Made by a program: the position numbers and the translations under genes. Positions 47,334-58,895 of a stretch of DNA of 64,000 nt are shown in pieces (position 1 is the stretch's first letter; the number at the start of each line of letters is the position of its first letter). The notes beneath the pieces are model-generated. The model saw nothing but the letters and a program-made list of their open reading frames with translations, was not told the origin of the DNA and made no database searches. This stretch comes from Rhizodiscina lignyota (Eukaryota). The stretch covers positions 1,488,001 to 1,552,000 of the forward strand of contig ML978124.1 of the NCBI GenBank assembly GCA_010015805.1. Direction: 5' to 3'.

Positions 47334-49884
47334 GATGATTGTCGAAAGGTAATATGAAGCGAAAGAAAGGCAACGAAAGACTTGAGACTTGCTGAAGGCG
47401 AGACCGCGCTGAGGATGCAGAGTGAGAACGAGGGAAATCAAGAGAAGTTATATACCCATCATTGTGTGATCTGCAAATCACCGTTGTCCGAAGAAGAGAG
47501 TGTCATGCGGCCTAGTTTCCAGTGCAAGGTATTGTTATGGGCAGGAGATAGGACGGGATTGAAGTTGGAAGCATTCCTTAATGAGTGCTAACCACGCTAC
47601 CTTCTGTTTCAGGTGGTCTCCGTCAAGTCTGCCAGCAGTTGATCCACTGTCATGGGATGCTTGCGAGCATGGCCTTCTTGATTGGGGGATAGTTATTGTC
47701 GAAGGTACCCGTGTAGTGCAGCAAAGTTGAGGTCGAAGAGAGCAGAGGCAGGTGCTCGGCTTGTCGATCATGCATCACGGTCCATGCCAAACCCAGCAGG
47801 ACTGTGCTTCTGTTCTTTATCCCGCACACGCGCCAATGTCATGTTTCTCCCAATGGAGGGCATGGGATGCCTTGGGGAGCGGTGTCTAGGCGGTCGCATC
47901 GGTCCGTCGATCTCAGTCCTGCCCGAATCAGACTTCGCGCGCGTAAATGCATGCTGGGTAACTGTTCTGCGTGTGGCCTTGTGGTTTGTGGAGGTGAAAT
48001 TGCCTGCCCAGCCAGGAAGTCCACGATTTAGGGCGTCATTGGTGTAGCGCAAGCCCTGACATTTCCATCAACCTTCTCTTTAAGGTTAGGGCACGGACGC
48101 TAAGTTGCGCGATCCCGCCGGCAACCTCAAGATAAGCTCTGGAACTCGACCTTACACCTGCACCTGATGCTTGATTCATTCAAATCCACGACCGAACTAG
48201 GGCCGACAGAAAGACTTCAATGCGCAGTGATGTGGGTGGACGTTATTGTTTGACGAAACCTTCTTGAAAGAGCAGTGTGGGGATCCGCCAAGAGCGCACG
48301 TGTCTATCATCTGAACATTCAACGAATGAGAACGACCAAAACATATTGCTCTAATATGTTTTCAAACAGTGCACATACGCATCTTCTCAGGGCTGCTTAT
48401 TCTTCCGACTCGCCCAGAGAGCCATATCATGTAACTTGGCGGAGATGGCCGGAGGATTCTTGGTTTTGACAGCTGCCAATGCTGCCCGCGCATTGAAACA
48501 GGCGGTAGGGTTCATCTCAATGCATTTGTCAAGCGTTTAGAAACTCGAAAATGAGTGCTGAATGTTTCCCTCGAGAGATATGTCATATTCCTTGGTTCTC
48601 GTTTCGAGGCGATGCCTGGCCGGACCAACTCGCTTTACTTCATCGGGTCGGTTCAACGTGAACTCATCCGTGAGATACGTACTCCCAAATCGCCTCTTTG
48701 CCCTGTGCACGTGTAAAGAGCGGAGAATCGGAGGAATGAACAGCACAGGACATCGTGAGCGCAAATGTACGCCACAGATGTTGGTATGCATGAGGCCAGT
48801 ATGCGGAAATGGAAGTTCCGTATCGGCATTGCAGGAACATCAAGCTCGCGTACCTGACAAGTCTGGACAGCTTCTCAAAGTGACTAGTGCTGCTTGCGCT
48901 GGTCAGGCCCGTGGCCCTGTACCAATGACCCAGCCAGACAGCTTTGCTGAAACAGGCAACAAGCTCATCCTGGGACGAATGACGCAAACTGTCGAAAGCA
49001 TGCAGAGGAACAGAAGGCAGAAGGTGCTTGACGAAAGTTTATGTGACTAAAGTTCGGAGAAAACAAGAAAGGAAGTTAACTAACTTGCTCGACAAACGGT
49101 GTCTGCACGGTGATGGGGTGAGCACAGCTTCGGACTGCAATTGGAGGTTCAGAACAACGCTCCGAGTCCGTCAATTGTCCGATGGATGCTTGGGGCTTGA
49201 GTTTAGTGCTCCACGCAATGCATTTTGTTAAATAGTGCTAGTAGTGCAGTCACGCTACCGACTCAAGGGGACGCAGGCTCATCATGTCCAAAGCAACCGC
49301 CATGAGTGCCAGCTCAAAGCGTTAAGGCGGACAATCTTTGGCCTCCCAACAGTAAGCTGAAGCTCCGAATGATAATGAAGAAGATGAGTCACGGGTTACT
49401 CGAATTGATACTTTGCTTTGCTAGATATGACCAGTAAGTATCTTCGAATCTGATATGACTGAGGAGAGTGGCCGGCTTCAGCAAAAGGCAGGGAAGGTAC
49501 GTGTCATGTGTACAGAAGACTCTATTACATAAGCAACCCATTTAGTACCGGATCGGTATAATTCCGGCCTACTGAAGCCGAGCTAGGCTTCGGTCGGTGG
49601 TGCCCAGACTTCGGTGAAAGAGCACCCAAAGCTGGGTGCCAAAGCGAAGGCAGACATCCTCATCGGCTACCCCCGGTCGCGGCAAGGCACCATTGTAGGG
49701 CGTGCTCAAGCTTCAGTACGTCAGCGGTCGAACTCTGCCTTGACGAGCTTCCCCATCTCCACCGTCGTTTTCGAAGCCTTCCTCGCGCGCAATCCGTTGT
49801 CGCACCTGCCTATAGATGCCGTGAGCCTTAGGACAGTGCATTTCAACCCTCTGACTGAAGGCGCTCCGAATCGGGCTTGTCACG

Positions 49885-52037
49885 ATGTGGGATGATGAGG
49901 ATAACAATCCGTATGGGTCGTTTGAGCGACGCGACTCGAACTCAGATCTTCACCCAAGCTCACCAGAAGCACGTAAGTCTCGGCTCTGCATTAAACGATA
50001 GCATATGGGTCTCTAATTTCCTGCGCAGTGGGTTTCAATCGCCCTGTGACACCACCTTCGAATGGCTCTTCTCCGCGCAATGAATCCCCCGAGTTTATAT
50101 CCCAACCTCAAGACCTCAGCGATGTCGAGTACGATGACGAACGCGGACAAGATCGAAAGGTCGAGCCGAAGAAGGGAGGATATGACAGCAGAATAGAGCA
50201 GATACTCTACGAGAACCCTGACATGCCAATCCTCATCACTCAAGCTGGCAAGAATCTTGAAGGAGGCGGAAGTTATATCGCCTATACAATTCGAACTGGA
50301 GTAGGACACATATCTCCGCTCAATCCGTAACATTGGCTAACAATACTGCAAAGGATCTCGAAGTCCGCCGGAGGTACTCTGACTTTGCGTCGCTAAGGCA
50401 GACGCTGGTCAACCTCCACCCTACCCTCGTAATACCACCAATCCCTGAAAAGCATACCATGGCGGATTATGCTGCCAAACCGACAAAGGCTAAAGAGGAT
50501 GCTGGAATAATTGAGCTGCGAAAGCGCATGCTCGCTGTCTTTCTGAACCGATGTCGGCGCATGCAAGAGGTTCGAGAGGACGGCGTATGGTGGCGGTTCT
50601 TGGATCCAAATGCTAGCTGGGTTCGTCTTGCCTATCTGTTAGGCTTCACATATTGCTGACACTCCATAGAGCGAGATATTACATTCACACCCTGTCAGCT
50701 CAATACCGAAGCAGATACTGAAGGCGCCACCCTTGGATCCCGCAAACCCATCTCCTGGCCATAACTACCTTCCCGTGCCTTCGTCATCAGCAAAGCTGCG
50801 TGCGACGAGTGGCACATCATCGTCTGGTACACCCGCATCACCTCCTGCTGTCGCAAACAATCCTTCCTCTGCTGCTCACACTATACCCGGCGCAACACTC
50901 TCTCGCTTCCCACCAAGTTCTCAAAATCTATCAGAGGAGGAATTGGACCCGTACTTTGTCAACTTCGAAGCCTCGTCAAAGGAACTTGAGAACCTTCTGC
51001 AAGGCAGTATGGAGAAGGTCAATCGCAGGATGCTGACACACCATTCATCGCTCGCAGAAGACCTTGCCGATCTGGGGGCCAAGCTCAACGGCTTTTCACT
51101 CTCAGAGCAGTCTCAGTCCTTGGCAGCTGCCATAGAAAAGACAGGCCAGGCTGTTGATTCCACATATCTCGCTACTGCCGAACTGTCTTCCCAGCTGAGC
51201 GCGGGCTTTGCGGAACCCATGCGTGAAAGCGCACAATTTGCTGGCATTGTCCGCAGTGTGCTTCGATACAGGGTTCTCAAGCGAGTTCAGGAGGAAATGA
51301 CAAAAGACGAGTTGGAGAAGAAAAAGACGCTTCTCGATACCTTGGAGCGAAGTGAGATGGAAGCAAAGCGGATTGAACAATATCTAAGCAGTTCGGGTGC
51401 TCCGGCAAGCCCGCCCAGACGCTCAACCTCTTCGGCATCGCAGCGGAGTGGTTCAGAGCGACCATCGGAAGATACTGCATCAATTGATTCGGATTTTCCA
51501 CCTACCCAAGGCGATGCTCAGACGCCATCGGCTACTCAGGGTGGCCCTCAAGGACCTCCGCAGTCACCAGAGCACAAGAAGAATCCAAGCAGCGGCGGCA
51601 ATTTCGTCACAAACAAAATATTCGGACGGATCAACCATGCATTCCATGGCATAGTGGATGTGGATCCGGAGCGAACGAGAAGGGACCAAATTGGAAAGAC
51701 TAAAGAAAGTCTAGTACAAGTTCGTTACCTACAAGCTAACCCTGTGTATCATATGGCTAATGTAGCATGCAGTTGGAGCAAGCACTCGAAGTCTCTGGAA
51801 AAGACGTTCAAGACGCCAGCGCTGGAGTCTTGAAGGATCTCAAGCGCTTTCAGCTTGAGAAGGAGGAAGATCTTAAGCGATACATGGTATGTTCCCGGTC
51901 ATGCAGCCCTCTATGAATTTTGACGCAATTAGGTTGCCTTTGCACTGGCTCACATTGAGTGGGCAAAACGGAACCAGGCCTCATGGGAGGAAGCGAAGGC
52001 AGAAGTGGAGAACATTGAGCCTCAAGAGAACCAGTGA
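49885..52037 (+). CDS. SNX41: PX-BAR sorting nexin Snx41/Atg20
   Basis: MWDDEDNNPYG start, PX domain (VRRRYSDFASLR, IPPIPEKH, RKRMLAVFL) and a BAR region (DVDPERTRRDQIGK). Five introns. Confidence 0.92.
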
Positions 52038-52316
52038 CGGATCCAACTAATGGCTTATTCTCTGCTGGTATTACACTTCACAATGGTCGTTGGGACTTGG
52101 CGTGGCGAATGTCTGCAATTGTGACATAATCTATCGCCCTGGCATGCTGAAGTAATGATCGAAATCCACTAAGGAATTCGAGAGCCACAGTCTCTCCCTC
52201 GAGACGCCGTGCAATGCAAACGCCAGAGCTATGCTAAACAATGATTTTGAGTATCCACCTTTATGCAGGCGGCGGGCGCCGAGCTCTCAGTGCATCATAG
52301 GTGATCGAATGTGAAG

Positions 52317-53677
52317 TCAACCTCTGAAGGTGCGGCCCTCGGGATATCCATGCGAGCCCATCATAGAATCTCCACCGAAGTCTCCAGCATCCGGGACCAT
52401 GCCACCTCGAGGTCCACCACGACGGTCCTGGTTGCGCCCAATGTTACGCCGAGTGTCGACGACCCTGAATTTCTCATTCATTTCTCCCGCTTCGTGTACA
52501 CTGCTTGTGACACTGCTAAGTAGCTGCACCAGAGCTGTGTCGGTCTTCTGTTCAAGAGCCTCGCGAGCGAATGCTTCTGTGTCTGGAGGGACCAGAAGTG
52601 GAATACGAGCTTGAAGGGCGAGTATAGAACGGAGAACCTGATGATTCAATGCCGTGGATGTGTCTCCTGAGGCACTTGGAGGTGTAGATGTGTCGGTCAA
52701 GTAGCTCTGCGGTAGGTTCGTCAAGTATGATCGGAGAAGATCAATGCGAGAATGGAGCATCTTGATAGCGTTTGCCTTGGCTGTGAGGGACGAAAGCACT
52801 ATAATGCAGTTAGCCTAGGGTCCATGTTCGATTTAGCTCGGGGTCCCTACGCTCATCATCCTCAGGCGAAAGGTACGACTCATCATTGCCGTTCATCAGA
52901 TCGCTGTCTTTATTGCCCTCCTTCGCTTTTCCTTTGCCCTTGTCCTTGGCCTTGGCCTTGGGTTCGGAGCTCTTCTCCTTGGTGTCTTTCGCCTCTACCG
53001 CCGTAGCATTGCCGCCACCCTTAGCCACAAAGTCGACGCTGATCATTTCCGCCTCGCCAGTCTCGACCGCATACGAGAGCTTTCGGAACTTTAGTGAGGC
53101 CGCGCGCTCCACGCCATCCATCTCCATTGCATTCTGGTCACCTTCAACAACGCCTTCGTAGAGTGTAAGAGGTAGTTTGCCTCCGGCCGTGAAAGCATTT
53201 GGATGGAAGAGGAGCAGGCAAGCGGACTCGTAGCCGAGCTTTTGAAGCTGAAGATGAATCGGAACGTGGTGACTGCCTGGGCCGAAAGTCGAGCCAATAG
53301 TGAACCAGCCGACGAGCTCGAGCTGAGGCGATTTGTACACCTCCTTGTCTACGACATATTAGAACTTTGCAAGGAACGAACACCATTCATTACTTACATT
53401 GATCTACGCGTTGAGAAAACAAGCCAGCGTCGAGTAAGATGGATCCATCTGGGCCAGCAACGGTCCCGCACTCAAACGCAACCTCCATAGTGATTTCGCG
53501 GCCATTTTGTTGTCCGATTATAGCTCCAACAATTGGACCACTCTGCTTTCGGAGCGTGTGACGTGTTATGTAGTCGGATATAGTGAGGAGAACGAGGGGG
53601 TGAAGCTGTATCTCTGGACTGGTATCTGATGCTGGGGAGCTTGATACCAGCGGGTTTGCAGATTCGTCTTCGGCCAT
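52317..53677 (-). CDS. CSN6: COP9 signalosome subunit 6
   Basis: MPN- domain (LHPLVLLTISDYITRH, IVGAIIGQQNGREI, LVGWF), ETGEAEMISVDFVA and NAIKMLHSRI. Two introns. Confidence 0.92.
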
Positions 53678-53839
53678 GTTGAAAGCAACAGTATGGTAGA
53701 GGGAGGGGAAGAGATCCCTCTGATGAGGCGTGCTTTTGATTTGAATTGTGTGTAGCTAAGGTGTTATGCAGTGATAATTGATAGTAACGGAGATATCTTG
53801 GCAGATGGGGTACCTAAGCGGAGGGCCCCTGTTCCAAAC

Positions 53840-54100
53840 CTGTATTATAAGCATGGCTTAGAAAACACCTTTCTTTAAAAGAATAACTAAACAATTAAAC
53901 GTAATATTCGCTACTTGAATAATGTCTATTCTATGTAGCTATTACGTTATTCTAGCATTACTCCTCTTACTACGACTCTAGTAAGTATAGCTCACTGCAC
54001 TCGCCGTGAGTATTATAACCGTAACCCTCGTATATGGCCCCGTCCACGTTATATACGCAATAATATACTAATAGTAGGTGAGAAATAGTTTTCGATTTAA
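53840..54100. repeat. AT-rich, TpA-enriched patch (possible RIP-degraded repeat remnant)
   Basis: Abrupt drop in GC with dense TA/TAG/CTA words. gtattataa occurs twice (~53842 and ~54010). Confidence 0.4.
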
Positions 54101-54103
54101 TAA

Positions 54104-55237
54104 TTATCTATGAAATAACCTAAGCACTCCTTTCAGAACTTGGTGAGCCATCAGCTGGCTTGGAGGGACTCTCAGCCCTGTATACCCTTTTATAGGTGGC
54201 TCCCACATCGGATTGGCGCCATGCTTGAGAGCATGTTGTATCTCTCCCAGCTCGAACCATTTTGCTTCTTCTAGTTCCGACTCCGGATAGCTGATCTCCT
54301 CACCCCACTCAACACATTGGGCCATAGCTCCAATGAGCATCGTCGAAGGATACGGCCAGGGCTGTGAAGAGTGTATCTGGACTCTGTCGACGTTCACGCC
54401 GGCCTCTTCGTACGCTTCGCGTCTGGTTGCTGTCTCCAGGCTCTCGCCGGGCTCGACAAACCCGGAGAGGCAGGAGAAGTAGTTCTCTGGCCATCGCCTC
54501 CCACGCCCCAGGAGCACACGCTTAGAGTCTGCAGAGATGGGTGCAATGACAACAGTTGGATCAGTCCTGGGGAACGCTTGGTTATGGAGGCCGATTCTCG
54601 TCGAACAAGCTCGTTGGCGAGGTACACCCTTATCCGCAGGAGGGCATACCACTTTTGCGCCGCCGTGGGTTGACAGCGTACGGCCTCCGCAGCTTGAACA
54701 AAAGCGATTCCGATTGTTCCAGTCGAGAAGGGAGCGGGCTTGGCTGTAAATTGCCGATTCAGAATGTGGCAGGGTTAGATCGACCCTGGTAGGAGTATGC
54801 TTGAGCCCCGCTGAGGCGAGTGATGTTTTGAGCGTATCATAGTGGCTCGAAGTCACGTCGAGGGCGAAGTAGGGAACACCTGTGTAGTCTCCAAGCTGCG
54901 GACCGCCGTCAACCCTACCCTGTTGTAGGTCCAATCCGAGGAAAACCAGGTTGGGGTAGTGAGCAGCAGGATCAAAGTCGGCGATCTGGGCTTTCTCATC
55001 CTTCACATAAGGTCTGCCGATAGCATCTGCCACCTCCTCATACGTGGTAAAAGCCAGTCTACCGTCCTGCGTACGAAGGGGATTCAACTCGCTGAAAGTG
55101 AGATACTTGGCGCTTGTATGCGTCGAGGCTGTATCCAGTAGGTTGTTCTGCAACCTCATGAATGAAAGGCGACTGATGGGGCCCTTAGAGAAGTAGGCAT
55201 TGTTGCCCCGGCCGAAGATGTCAATCAAAGAAGCCAT
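54104..55237 (-). CDS. NPY1: NADH diphosphatase / NAD-cap decapping Nudix enzyme (NudC/NPY1 family), intronless
   Basis: ARSLLDWN, zinc ribbon FCSSCG...C...C, FPRTDP, Nudix box GFVEPGESLETATRREAYEEAGV and the NudC signature SQPWPYP. Orthology versus paralogy is uncertain. Confidence 0.88.
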   Translation of the reverse strand: MASLIDIFGRGNNAYFSKGPISRLSFMRLQNNLLDTASTHTSAKYLTFSELNPLRTQDGRLAFTTYEEVADAIGRPYVKDEKAQIADFDPAAHYPNLVFLGLDLQQGRVDGGPQLGDYTGVPYFALDVTSSHYDTLKTSLASAGLKHTPTRVDLTLPHSESAIYSQARSLLDWNNRNRFCSSCGGRTLSTHGGAKVVCPPADKGVPRQRACSTRIGLHNQAFPRTDPTVVIAPISADSKRVLLGRGRRWPENYFSCLSGFVEPGESLETATRREAYEEAGVNVDRVQIHSSQPWPYPSTMLIGAMAQCVEWGEEISYPESELEEAKWFELGEIQHALKHGANPMWEPPIKGYTGLRVPPSQLMAHQVLKGVLRLFHR

Positions 55238-55890
55238 GCTAGCTGTAGTAAAAAGAAATGCGAAAGGGAGCAGAGATGGAAATAAGTGGACGTTTAAGTA
55301 GATGTTCTACCGAAAGCCATGCTGCGGCACGCTGCGGCACGCCGCCGGAGCGTCTTTTGCCTAAGTTTCTGCTGACCTCAAAAGAGAGTCTAGATATTTC
55401 TAATGTTGACTGTCACGAACAAGCAGGAGGCCCGAAGAAAGGGAAAGATGGAGAGCGAATGAGACATCGTCGGTATGACTGCTGAAGACAGTCGCAAAGC
55501 AAGGTGGGAATGAAAGGGATAAGACAGCAGGACAGCCGCCGCAACGGCTGAACATCGCGTAAAAGCCGTTTCAATGCGAGGTTCGAGGTGAGTCGAGGGC
55601 AACAATAATTTGAGACAGGCTTGAAGCCTCCTCGGTCTTACTTGTAAATATTTGATGAATCCAGGGAGAGCATTGATGAAGGCTAGACGGCCGTCCCTGC
55701 CGTGAGCAGCAATTCCGCCCCGCTCCACCCCGCTATATAATCCTAACCAACACGCCCCTGAGACGCGTCACGAACAACATCTTCTTATCGCTCTATTATC
55801 TTAGTGTCAATCTGTTGGAGAAAAAACATTAAAAATTCATATCTGTTATGTCCACAATTTCATAGTCATACACAGCTTGCGAATTATTAG

Positions 55891-57230
55891 CTACAGTTCA
55901 ACCATAACCTTCAGAACCAAGTTTCCTCTCTCATCAACAGTCTTGCCGGCAAGCTCGAAAGCATCATGAACAGCATCAAGTCCCCTGAAACGGTGTGTGA
56001 CCATATTATCGAGGCTTGGTAGGACACCAGAGGAGAGAATCTTTATCCCGGCGGGATAGGTGTTTGCGTAGCGGAATACTCCAATGAGGTCAACTTCTTT
56101 CAGATGCGCCGCGGACATTTGCAAGGTCTGAATTGGAGTCCCCATGCCAACCATCAATACTTTTCCGCCAGGTCGAGTAGCCTATATTTTGTTAACATCG
56201 GCCTCAGGGTGATATGGGGTTTGGACGTACAAAGAGGCCGGCTTGGATGCAGATTTCCTTTCCTGTACAATCAAAAGTAACGTCGACACCTTCGAAGTCC
56301 GATTCATCGCCGGTGGCAGCATTGATCGCTTCGTCTGACAATGACTTTGCAGCGTTGATCTTCTCCGTGGTCTCCTGAAGATATCGCGAAGGGTTGACAA
56401 CGAAACCTTTGGTCGCAAATCGGTTCCTCAGTGCGTATGATACACGACCACCGTCAATGTCTGCAATCACAACCGTTGTTGCTCCCGAGACCTTGGCCAT
56501 GGCAGCGACAAGAAGGCCGACGGTTCCAGCGCCAAATACTAATACCGTGGAGCCTTGTTCGACCTGAGCCCGTCGGACTGAATGTATCGCTACTGACAAA
56601 GGCTCGAGAAGTGCCGCGGCATCCAGAGAGACTTGGGAAGGGAGTCTGTTCGTACGTTAGACTTGGATGTCCGGCTATAGGTCTCTCATTTCTTACTTGT
56701 GGCACCATTTTGCTGGATGATTAATTCGCTCCTGAAGGATCCCTTGGTAATGTGGAACAGATTTAGCGCTACTTCTGAAAGCCATCTTGGGACAAAGATT
56801 GTATCGGCCTCGTTGGCATGATCGGCAGCTGTCGCAGGGAACGCCAACCTCTAAAGCTACTCGATCACCAGTCTGATAGCCGGTAACGGCATCACCAACT
56901 GCTACGACAATTCCAGCACCCTCATGTCCAAGCGTTAAGGGAGCAACGACTTGGAGATCGCCATTGCGGTATCTCTTGTAGTATGCAACATCACTTCCGC
57001 AGAGACCCGTCCTCTTGACGGCGATCTGAAGCTCGTGAGGTGCAGGATCTGATATGCTTCGGCTTTCCTGAAAGGTTCCTTAACTACGCGACCCCCACGC
57101 GCGGGATGAAAAGGGCATGAATTACCACAGTGACTTGCTTAGGACCAACCAGCACGGACGCTTGCACGTTGGCCTTGTGATGATTCCTAGTCGGCATCGG
57201 ATAGATATCAGCTAGTGCAGAAGGGGCCAT
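55891..57230 (-). CDS. Zn-dependent NAD+ polyol (sorbitol/xylitol-type) dehydrogenase
   Basis: TGLCGSD, LGHEGAG, structural Zn site CDSCRSC...NLC, LEPLSVAIH, GAGTVG, ADID (NAD-type) and GVFRYANTYP. Three introns. Confidence 0.93.
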
Positions 57231-58895
57231 CAGGTATATAAGAGTTGAAGACCCTTCGACTTTATCCAAAACATTGGCTGTTCATCGACCTCACATCAGG
57301 GCACCAGGCATGATATAGCACTCAAACGCCTTCGGCGTCATCAGCGGCAAACCTTCTTTTCTGGCTCCGGCGCCATCGGATCGCTTGATAGGAGAATCGA
57401 ACAAACTCTTCCTCTGGAGAAATAGTCGGGCGAATCATTCATGCTTCCGACGAGTGCAGACTCACGATCCCCTACTAGTCGGCTCCTCAGTCTATCGCTA
57501 TCAGGGCCAAATCGGCTAGATGTCCTGGACTGCAGCGTGAAGATTTTCTGGAGGCAGCCTTTCCGGACTTCGCGAAACGACTATCTCAGGCATGCGCCAG
57601 AAAATCACCTCTATCAGCATGGCGAAAGACGAGATAAGGCAATGGCGTACGATGATTTGCAGCGTACAACGTAATTGTGTTGCTTAACTGGGTACTCGGC
57701 CTGTCCTGCGCCGATGCGAACCATAGTGCCGGCATTGTTGGAGTTCATCCACAAGCAGGCCAAGTATCGTCAAAGCGTGCTGGAAAGACGACTTGTGCTC
57801 GAATCTGCGTGTATGACTGGACCACTTTCCATTCAGCTTCATCCCTTGTCGACAGGTTATTCCCGGTAGGACTCTGATGCAATTTTCGTTCATGTTTCCT
57901 TTACGGCTACGGCCCGATCGGCCTCGCTGCAGGGACCTCGTTCTCGTTCACCGTGGTTGTTTTCTTTTTCTACACTCGCGACGAATAAGAGGCTGCTAGA
58001 CGCACTGTTACAACTTAATACGACGCGCTCTCTTTTCCAAATGGATGGAAATGTAGCCGCTTGAATGCCCTCAATTGCGACGCCTCAAAGGGCATCTTCG
58101 CTTATAAACTGCTGAGCTGCATCTCAAATCGCGTCGATTCTACCCTGCGGGTGATGCATTAGTTGCACGCATTCTCACAGCTGTGCAGCGATGCACGGAA
58201 CTTATTCGCGTGTCGCTTGCAGGTAGTCTGCATCGCTAGCTCCGTTCGAAGCTCCGCGGATCCCATTTAGCATATCGAAGTTGATATTGGACTATGACTC
58301 GGATCAGAAGACCGATTCTATAACTTAAACGCTAGCTTCCATCTTGACCTCTGAAATTCTCTCCGATCAAAAATTTATGCTGTCATCGTGCGTGTGGAAG
58401 TTGTCAGGGTCATTTGAAATGTGATCGGTCTCGTCCTCAACGTTTGGGAGCACCGCAAAACGAAGGCCATATCTTTCGGGGGCTCGAGCCGAAAAGCCGC
58501 TCAAGTAGAATCCCTTCGCCTACAGCATGCTTAGCTATCCCTTCCATTACTTCCAATGTCGTGCTCGCAACTCCACAATCCCGGATCATGGACAATTCGC
58601 ACGAGTCATGCATCCCACTTCCGGCATTTGCCTCATCTAGCCGCACTTTCCGTTACAGCTTTTCATGGTGAATGTATTTGAAACTTCGATTGATCTTTTT
58701 CGCTATCGTACTTCCATGCTTGATTCTATAAAGAATCGTAGAAGGGACGAGATGCACGTCATGGGCATCACGTGCTCGTCCCTTATGCCAGTTTCCCGCA
58801 ACCAACCAAAAGATCTTTGCTCCAATGACCCAGGAGCGCAGGTGATACTTATACATTTCTCATCCCATTCAAATGCCGTCCTGTGAGCGCTGATG

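Noticed and set aside
48080..48092. TTAAGGTTAGGG as an interstitial telomeric repeat
   Set aside because: Only one perfect TTAGGG unit, which is expected by chance.
48562..49050. 162-aa ORF between pepA and SNX41
   Set aside because: Composition looks non-coding (Arg/Ser/Cys-rich), with no motifs.
18452..55237. Two Nudix hydrolases in one window as a functional cluster
   Set aside because: Different subfamilies, 35 kb apart, separated by unrelated housekeeping genes.
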